Shown: in pieces, positions 58,701 to 64,000 of the stretch
Layout of the letters: each line of letters begins with the position of its first letter
How positions within the stretch are numbered: position 1 is the stretch's first letter
Source: Gammaproteobacteria bacterium
Lineage (GTDB): Bacteria > Pseudomonadota > Gammaproteobacteria > Thiohalospirales > Thiohalospiraceae
Reading direction: 5' to 3'
Length of the DNA: 64,000 bases
Assembly (NCBI GenBank): GCA_015491735.1
Contig: WFVH01000092.1
Location: forward strand, 1,838 to 65,837
Notes under the pieces: model-generated
Told to the model about the DNA's origin: nothing
Database searches by the model: none
Seen by the model: only the letters and a program-made list of their open reading frames with translations
Made by a program: the position numbers and the translations under genes

Positions 58701-59582
58701 TGGATGGTGTTTTCGCAGCGCCTCGGCGGTATCGCGGATCTCCCGTTCACCGGGGAGAAACACCAGGATGTCGCCCCGGTCGATGCGGGAGAGCTTATCC
58801 ACTGCATCGACAATCGCCTGCTGCATATCCCGATCCCGCGCATCCTCCTCCCCGTCCGCCAGCGGCAGGTAGCGGATCTCCACCGGCCAGGTGCGTCCGG
58901 AGACCTCGATTACCGGGGCATCATCGAAGTGCCGGGAGAAACGCTGCGTGTCGATGGTGGCGGAGGTGATGACCAGCTTCAAATCCGGGCGGCGTGGCAG
59001 CAGCTGTTTGAGATAGCCGAGCAGAAAGTCGATATTCAGGCTGCGTTCATGGGCCTCGTCGATGATCAGGGTATCGTAGCGGTTCAGGCAGCGGTCACCC
59101 TGAATTTCGGCCAGCAGGATACCATCGGTCATCAGTTTGACATAGCTCTCCGGGCTGATCCGATCCTTGAAACGCACCTTGTAGCCCACCGCTCCACCCA
59201 GTTCGCACCCCAGCTCATCGGCAATGCGCCCCGCTACGCTGCGGGCGGCGATACGGCGTGGCTGGGTATGGCCGATCAGGCCAGCCGTTCCCCGTCCCAA
59301 CTCCAGGCAGATCTTGGGTAGCTGAGTCGTTTTGCCGGAGCCGGTTTCCCCGGCAACGATGACCACCTGATGCTGTTTGATGGCCTGCATGATCGCCGTG
59401 CGGTGCTCCACCACCGGCAGTTCTGTGGGGTACCGGGGCACCGGCAACGGCGCCCGGCGCTGCTGCTCCGGTGCTGAAGTTTGTCGATATTTACGGTGAC
59501 TTGCCACTGCGTATTCTGGTACTTCGTCGCGAAAATGATTCAGGATACACCGTTCCCGGGGTGTTGCGCGGCAAGGTGTCAC
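55770..59582 (-). CDS. hrpA: ATP-dependent RNA helicase HrpA
   Basis: 1270 aa. DEAH-box motifs GETGSGKTTQLPK and DEAHERS, HA2/OB domains and a long HrpA C-terminal region. GTG start is uncertain. Confidence 0.93.
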   Translation of the reverse strand: MTPCRATPRERCILNHFRDEVPEYAVASHRKYRQTSAPEQQRRAPLPVPRYPTELPVVEHRTAIMQAIKQHQVVIVAGETGSGKTTQLPKICLELGRGTAGLIGHTQPRRIAARSVAGRIADELGCELGGAVGYKVRFKDRISPESYVKLMTDGILLAEIQGDRCLNRYDTLIIDEAHERSLNIDFLLGYLKQLLPRRPDLKLVITSATIDTQRFSRHFDDAPVIEVSGRTWPVEIRYLPLADGEEDARDRDMQQAIVDAVDKLSRIDRGDILVFLPGEREIRDTAEALRKHHPPHTEILPLYARLSAAGQNRVFSSHKGRRIVLATNVAETSLTVPGIRYVIDTGLARISRYSYRNKVQRLPVEKISRASANQRSGRCGRVAAGVAIRLYSEQDFDNRPEFTEPEILRTNLASVILSMSTLGLGEVEQFPFVEAPDRRQISDGYRLLQELGAMDGERRITPLGRRLARLPIDPRIGRMILAAGQEGCLHEVLVIAAALTIQDPRERPLEAQQQADEAHRRFRDEQSDFLSLLNLWQHYEEQRWRLSQNKLRRYCRQHFLSFVRLREWRELHSQLLTLAREMGLRPNQQAAGYDAIHRALLAGLLGQIAVKVDESRYQGARNIKLSIFPGSGLFKKRPKWIMAAQLIETTRLYAHVVARIDPAWVEPLASTLVKRSYSGVHWEKRPAQVAAYEQVTLYGLIIHPRRRINYGPIDAEESRRIFIQQALVQGEYRTRAPFFRHNRQQVTEIQRLEHKSRRHDVLVDDEALFAFYDERIPAGIYSGARFEQWRKRAERDNPQLLFLSRDYLMLHDAAHINAERFPDTLSVAGLRLPLNYRFEPGHAEDGVTVTVPVELLNQLRPERFEWLVPGLLEEKITTLLRGLPKALRRNFVPVPDYARACVEALAADDAPLTEVLSSHLRRISGESIAAEMWPMEDLPAHLRMNFRVVDSAGKVLGAGRDLTALQQKLGSHARSSFSCRPRLTLERDGIIHWDFGELPEVVEFERAGVRLRGYPALVDRGESVAIRLYDTRRTADEAMRAGLRRLFMLNLGGKMKYLRNRLPVTQAMCMHYASIGRCDELKQDLLFAVTNQVFIGDSAPPRDTAAFEQRLEQARGGLVPFANRLCELLEAILAEHHTLAKRLDGAVSPAWIHAVADLREQLSHLVYPGFVSRTPWPWMQQIPRYLAAMRLRMDKLQGGVERDCANLRQLHPLWREYLQRSDKKSGGMGSTDPVLEEYRWLLEELRVSLFAQQLGTCRPVSVKRLSAFFS

Positions 59583-59625
59583 AGGCCATGGCCGCCGCCC
59601 TTGACGGAGTAATAGTGTTGCCGGG

Positions 59626-60354
59626 CTAATGCTGGTCAGCAGGCCAATCGAATATTTTCTTCAACCGGGTTCTGTTGCCTTTTCCTCCCGGCTTCAGCAC
59701 CAGAATGGCGCGAGATGGGGTGAACCCTGGTGGAAGTCTGATCTCTCCCTCGAGATTCTGAAAATATTTGAAGTTGTAGCGCAACCGTTTGACAGGGGGA
59801 GCCGAGATCTGGCCAAGCGACAACAGTTTCTTTTCTCCCGATTTGGTTGTCACTCCTTCCACTTGAAGTTCTGCCGTTCCTTTTGCGGTGCCCCGGTTTT
59901 TCAATACCCGCGTCAGCACCAGTTTGTAGTGCCATGAGTGTGGTTCATCCCCTTTCGTTACACTGAAGTTCTGGATCTGAAGCCCTCGTTCGGCATCTTC
60001 AGGAGAGATGATTCCACGATAGAATGCAAGCTCTTCCTTCAACTCGAGCAGCTCTTCCTGTAACGACACCAGATCCTTTCTGACCTGCCCGTAGGCCTGG
60101 TTCTCGATGCGCATCGTCTGCTCCAGATCCAGCTTCTCCTTGCGCAGTTTTTTCAACTCTGTCTCAAAAACGGCGTTGCTCTTCTCGAGCCGCTGGCGGA
60201 TATCGTTGAAAACGACCCGATCATATCCGGCCCGATAGCGCCCGTACTCGAAAATTCCCCAGGCCGCCAGCAACAGGGCGGCCATCGACAGCGCCAGTCC
60301 AATCTGCCACAGGGGGCCCCTCTCCTCCTTGCCGCCGATAACGCTTCGCTTCAT
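59626..60354 (-). CDS. hypothetical membrane-anchored coiled-coil protein
   Basis: 242 aa with an N-terminal TM ([20 protein letters not shown]) followed by a coiled coil. Overlaps the argC stop and lies between argC and hrpA. Confidence 0.6.
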   Translation of the reverse strand: MKRSVIGGKEERGPLWQIGLALSMAALLLAAWGIFEYGRYRAGYDRVVFNDIRQRLEKSNAVFETELKKLRKEKLDLEQTMRIENQAYGQVRKDLVSLQEELLELKEELAFYRGIISPEDAERGLQIQNFSVTKGDEPHSWHYKLVLTRVLKNRGTAKGTAELQVEGVTTKSGEKKLLSLGQISAPPVKRLRYNFKYFQNLEGEIRLPPGFTPSRAILVLKPGGKGNRTRLKKIFDWPADQH

Positions 60355-61382
60355 GGCATCAGGGCGATGAGTTCGAGGCCGGAGGTCTCATCCAGGCCAA
60401 ACATCAGATTCATATTCTGTACCGCCTGGCCTGCTGCTCCCTTCACCAGATTGTCGATAACCGACAGAACCACGATCATATCGCTGTTCGGCGGGTTGTG
60501 AAGGGCAATACGGCAGGTGTTGGAACCCCTGACACTACGCGTCTCCGGGTGACTGCCGCCAGGCATCACATCGACGAATGGTTCGTCAGCAAACCGCTCT
60601 TCGAACAGCGTCTGCCAGTTGACCTCTGTCTGGCGGGATACCGCATACAAGGTAGCGTGAATTCCACGAATCATTGGAGCGAGATGGGGGACGAAAACAA
60701 GCCCGACACCGGCACCGTTCACAGTCGTCAATCCCTGCCGAATCTCCGGCAGGTGCCGGTGTCCCGCCACACTGTAAGCCTTGATGCTTTCGCTGCACTC
60801 CGCCAGCAGGTGACCGGTAACGGCTTTTCGCCCCGCGCCGCTGACGCCGGACTTTACATCGGCGATCAACCTGCCCGCATCAACCGCTCCCGCCTCCAGT
60901 AACGGCAGAAAGCCCAGTTGTACCGCAGTGGGGTAGCAGCCCGGACAGGCCACCAGTCGTGCTTCCCGCAGCAGTTGCCGATTCATTTCGGGCAGACCAT
61001 AGACCGCCTCGCCCAGCAGTTCGGGACAGCGGTGCGGCATGCCATACCACTGCTCCCACTCGGCAGCATCCTTGAGCCGGAAATCGGCTGCGAGATCGAT
61101 GACCCGGACGTTGGCCGCGAGCAGCTCCGGCGTCATGCCCATGGCCGTGCCGTTTGGCGTGGCAAAAAAGACCACATCGCACTCCCGCAGCAACTGCTCA
61201 TCCGGTGCGGTGAACCGCAGTGACACCCGGTCACGCAGGTTGGGAAACATATCCGCCACGGCCGTTCCTGCTTCCGACCGGGAGGTAATCACTGCAGGCT
61301 CCACGTCGGGGTGCGCCGCCAGCAGGCGTAACAACTCAACGCCGGTATACCCCGTCCCACCCACTATTCCTGCCTTAATCAT
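60351..61382 (-). CDS. argC: N-acetyl-gamma-glutamyl-phosphate reductase
   Basis: [21 protein letters not shown] and active-site GCYPT. Confidence 0.94.
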   Translation of the reverse strand: MIKAGIVGGTGYTGVELLRLLAAHPDVEPAVITSRSEAGTAVADMFPNLRDRVSLRFTAPDEQLLRECDVVFFATPNGTAMGMTPELLAANVRVIDLAADFRLKDAAEWEQWYGMPHRCPELLGEAVYGLPEMNRQLLREARLVACPGCYPTAVQLGFLPLLEAGAVDAGRLIADVKSGVSGAGRKAVTGHLLAECSESIKAYSVAGHRHLPEIRQGLTTVNGAGVGLVFVPHLAPMIRGIHATLYAVSRQTEVNWQTLFEERFADEPFVDVMPGGSHPETRSVRGSNTCRIALHNPPNSDMIVVLSVIDNLVKGAAGQAVQNMNLMFGLDETSGLELIALMP

Positions 61383-61425
61383 CCGGTATCCATATCCTTG
61401 TTATCAAAAAAACCATTGAAATATC

Positions 61426-61577
61426 GTAACTGTTCAGCTCACCCCTGAAATCCGCCATTTCCGCGTTGAAAAAGGGTCATTTACACCCGTAAACTCCCAT
61501 TTTTCGCCTTGAACTGACGAATTTCAGGGGCAATCTGAACAGTTACCGGCTTGTTTCATACGATGCTGAATAGTTAC
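61426..61577 (+). mobile_element. MITE copy 9 (152 bp, canonical)
   Basis: TSD GAAATATC at 61418-61425 and 61578-61585. Confidence 0.93.
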
Positions 61578-61635
61578 GAAATATCATTTATGGATGCAAG
61601 TTGCAAGCGCAATCTCTCAGGATAGAATAGGTTCC

Positions 61636-62532
61636 ATGAGAATACTCGGCATCGGCATCGCAACGCTGGACATCATCAATACGGTTGATGACTATCCCGT
61701 TGAAGACAGTGAAGTGCGCATACTCCATCAGGAAAAGCGCCGCGGCGGAAACAGCACCAACACCCTGGCCGTTCTTGCGCAGTGCGGGCATCAGTGCAGT
61801 TGGGCCGGTGTGCTGGGGGAAGATCCGGATAGCCGCTGTATCACCGCTGATCTGGAGAAATACGGTATCGACTACCAAAGTTGCCACTCCGTTGCCGGCG
61901 GCCGGACACCCACTTCCTACATCACACTCAATCAGCGCAACGGTTCGCGTACCATCGTGCATTACCGCCAGTTGCCGGAGTTCGGTTTTTCGCAATTCAG
62001 GACTATCGAACTCTCCCCTTTCGACTGGATACACTTCGAAGGGCGTAATATAACGGATACCCGCAAGATGCTCGAGTATTGCGCCGCAGAGCACCCTGCC
62101 CTGCCCCGCTCTGTGGAGGTGGAGAAGCCGCGCCCCGGCATTGAGTCACTCTTTCCGCTGGCGAATGTACTGCTCTTCTCCAGAGTCTATGCTGCCGGTT
62201 GCGGTTTCAATGATGGCGCCGCCTTTCTGCAATCTGTCCACCAGCGGGTACCCCGCGCGACACTCGTATGCGCCTGGGGAAGCCTGGGAGCCTTCGCCAT
62301 GGACAGAGACGGAGCCATCATTACCAGCCCCGCTTATCCGCCGGATAAGATTGTCGATACTACCGGTGCGGGGGATGTCTTCAACGCCGGTATCATTGAT
62401 GGCCTGGTGCGCAGCGAAAAACCATCCCGAACGCTGCCAAACGCCTGCCGTCTGGCAGGTTTCAAATGCGGAATCCGGGGATTCGACGGGTTGGCGTGTT
62501 TACCGGAGCGGGAACAGCCTGTGACCGGTTGA
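61636..62532 (+). CDS. PfkB family carbohydrate kinase (ketohexokinase/ribokinase-like)
   Basis: Internal ATG of track ORF 61594..62532. N-terminal GIGIATLDII and C-terminal DTTGAGDVFNAG motifs. Confidence 0.85.
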   Translation: MRILGIGIATLDIINTVDDYPVEDSEVRILHQEKRRGGNSTNTLAVLAQCGHQCSWAGVLGEDPDSRCITADLEKYGIDYQSCHSVAGGRTPTSYITLNQRNGSRTIVHYRQLPEFGFSQFRTIELSPFDWIHFEGRNITDTRKMLEYCAAEHPALPRSVEVEKPRPGIESLFPLANVLLFSRVYAAGCGFNDGAAFLQSVHQRVPRATLVCAWGSLGAFAMDRDGAIITSPAYPPDKIVDTTGAGDVFNAGIIDGLVRSEKPSRTLPNACRLAGFKCGIRGFDGLACLPEREQPVTG

Positions 62533-62599
62533 AACCAGGGCAGACGAGACAGTGACCTCCGCGATCTTCACCAATGTGCTTGTTCCATCACCCGCCCCC

Positions 62600-62625
62600 T
62601 AAAGTATTTTACAGTTATCCGATAT
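62600..62625 (+). promoter_or_regulatory. sigma28-type promoter candidate upstream of MCP gene
   Basis: TAAAGTAT-N10-TCCGATAT (TAAA-N14-tCCGATAt). About 33 nt upstream of the ATG at 62658. Confidence 0.5.
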
Positions 62626-62657
62626 ATAGCGTATCGGACAAGACAGGATTTGACAGC

Positions 62658-63791
62658 ATGTTTTGGAACAGCAGCAAAAACCAACTGGAAACTCTGAATG
62701 AGAAGTGCAGCCATCTGGAGACAGACGTTGGCCGTTTTCGGCAACAGCTTCAGCAAGCGCAGGAGACAGAGAACCGGCTGAAACAGCAGGTTGCCGAAAA
62801 AGAGCATCAGCTGCTGCTTTGTCAGGGTATTTTTGGAAACATGCAATATTTCAACCAGGGTTTTGGCGCCCTGCAGCAATCCCTGTCAACCCTGGCAGGC
62901 GTGCTTGGCGAAGAGAAGCAAACAGCCTCGGAAGCCGCAAAGGCTTCAACCGAGGCCCGTAGCGGTAACGAGGAGGTTGTCCGGAATCTCAAGGAGGTGG
63001 TTGGCTTGACTACGGATGGCGCCGGAAATGTCGACAGCCTGAATGAGCGGGTCGAGGCCATTGGCAACATCGTCAATATGATCAATGATATTTCGGAACA
63101 GACCAACCTCCTGGCGCTGAACGCCGCTATCGAGGCGGCGCGCGCCGGCGAGTCCGGTCGCGGTTTTGCTGTGGTGGCCGATGAGGTGCGCAATCTGTCT
63201 CACCGGACCAATGACGCTACGAAAGAGATCTCCGAACAGGTCTGTAAAATCCAGCAGGCTACCAGCCAGGTTCAGCAACAGATGCAACGTATGGCGGAGT
63301 GGGTAGAGGAGCTGAGCGGGATTGGCGCCACGACCGCTTCCCGGATACATTCGACATTCGAGCTTGCGCAGCGCCTGGGCGGGACGATGTTTTCCAGCTC
63401 CATACGGGGTTTTGTCGAACTGACCAAAACGGACCATATGGTATACAAGTTTCAAATCTACCAGGTTCTGATGGGGGTGTCTGACAAAAAGGCTGACGAG
63501 TTCTCTGACCACACCAGCTGCCGGCTGGGAAAATGGTATTACCATGGCATAGGGCGGCAAACCTGTTCCCATTTGACCGCTTTCAGCAACCTGGAGCAGC
63601 CACACAAAGAGGTACACCACTGGGGTATCGAGGCAATAAAGAGTTACCGCAGTGGCAAACAGGAACCAGCGATAGAAGCGCTGCACAAGATGGAGCTTGC
63701 CAGCCTGAAAGTCATGGAGAATCTGGAAGAGATTGCCGTTTCGCTACAGGCCGAGTCGGTGCCAACCAGCCATGGTTCCAATTCGGACTGA
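62658..63791 (+). CDS. soluble methyl-accepting chemotaxis protein with C-terminal CZB (zinc-binding) domain
   Basis: No TM segments. MCP signalling hairpin ([35 protein letters not shown]). C-terminal [11 protein letters not shown]…H…H motif typical of CZB. Confidence 0.85.
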   Translation: MFWNSSKNQLETLNEKCSHLETDVGRFRQQLQQAQETENRLKQQVAEKEHQLLLCQGIFGNMQYFNQGFGALQQSLSTLAGVLGEEKQTASEAAKASTEARSGNEEVVRNLKEVVGLTTDGAGNVDSLNERVEAIGNIVNMINDISEQTNLLALNAAIEAARAGESGRGFAVVADEVRNLSHRTNDATKEISEQVCKIQQATSQVQQQMQRMAEWVEELSGIGATTASRIHSTFELAQRLGGTMFSSSIRGFVELTKTDHMVYKFQIYQVLMGVSDKKADEFSDHTSCRLGKWYYHGIGRQTCSHLTAFSNLEQPHKEVHHWGIEAIKSYRSGKQEPAIEALHKMELASLKVMENLEEIAVSLQAESVPTSHGSNSD

Positions 63792-63801
63792 TACCCGTTT
63801 G

Positions 63802-63953
63802 GTAACTATTCAGCTCGCCCCTGAAATCCGCCATTTCTGCGTTGAAAAATGGTCATTTACACGCGTAAACTCCCATTTTTCGCCTTGAACTGGCGAATTT
63901 CAGGGGCAATCTGAACAGTTACCGGCTTGTTTCATACGATGCTGAATAGTTAC
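63802..63953 (+). mobile_element. MITE copy 10 (152 bp, canonical)
   Basis: TSD CCCGTTTG at 63794-63801 and 63954-63961. Confidence 0.93.
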
Positions 63954-64000
63954 CCCGTTTGAAAGTCTGCTACGCTACCTTACCGCTGCCCGCCCAACGT

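Noticed and set aside
21972-63953. I asked whether the dispersed 152-bp repeats could be a CRISPR array, REP/RAYT elements, or IS200/IS605-type palindromic elements (the ends contain TTAC).
   Set aside because: Copies are kilobases apart with no regular spacers or cas genes. Each is bounded by a different perfect 8-bp direct duplication, which REP and IS200/IS605-type elements do not generate. At 152 bp with terminal inverted repeats, the element fits a cut-and-paste MITE.

Overview
This is a chromosomal, mostly housekeeping window from a moderately GC-rich genome with gammaproteobacterial-type synteny. Gene order is: secD(partial)-secF; a tandem glycine riboswitch followed by lipA-gcvT-gcvH-gcvPA-gcvPB; dgkA; a cysH-like reductase; glk-glgX; tadA; an AT-rich insert; ybgC-tolQ-tolR-tolA-tolB-pal-cpoB; queE; an orphan sulfotransferase; nadC/ampD; a histidine phosphatase; glnD-map divergent from rpsB-tsf-pyrH-frr-uppS-cdsA-dxr-rseP-bamA-skp-lpxD-fabZ-lpxA; rsgA/orn; fliA plus an HDOD gene; a methyltransferase; an isolated nosZ next to a usp/small-membrane-protein/NarK-like unit; serB; cheR; hrpA; argC; a PfkB kinase; and a soluble MCP. 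No rRNA, tRNA, CRISPR array or transposase gene was seen. The strongest signal not explained by genes is an unnamed non-autonomous transposable element (MITE) of about 152 bp. It has nested inverted repeats and occurs 10 times, always intergenic. Nine copies have a different perfect 8-bp target-site duplication, and several copies are rearranged. Termini starting GTAA plus 8-bp duplications suggest an IS66-type partner located elsewhere in the genome. Copies sit in sensitive places: they bracket ampD, lie inside the rpsB-tsf spacer, lie ahead of bamA, abut the -35 box of a sigma28 promoter for cheR, and lie next to nosZ. Secondary observations are listed here. (1) lipA is placed under glycine-riboswitch control. 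(2) Ribosomal protein S2 carries a roughly 120-aa C-terminal helix-hairpin-helix-like extension. (3) nosZ has a Tat motif plus a lipobox, a perfect FNR/DNR box upstream, and no nosR/nosDFYL neighbours. (4) Three sigma28-type promoters accompany fliA. (5) The AT-rich insert contains a sigma54-promoter/small-ORF/terminator module. All calls come from reading the sequence and recalling protein families; no searches were run.
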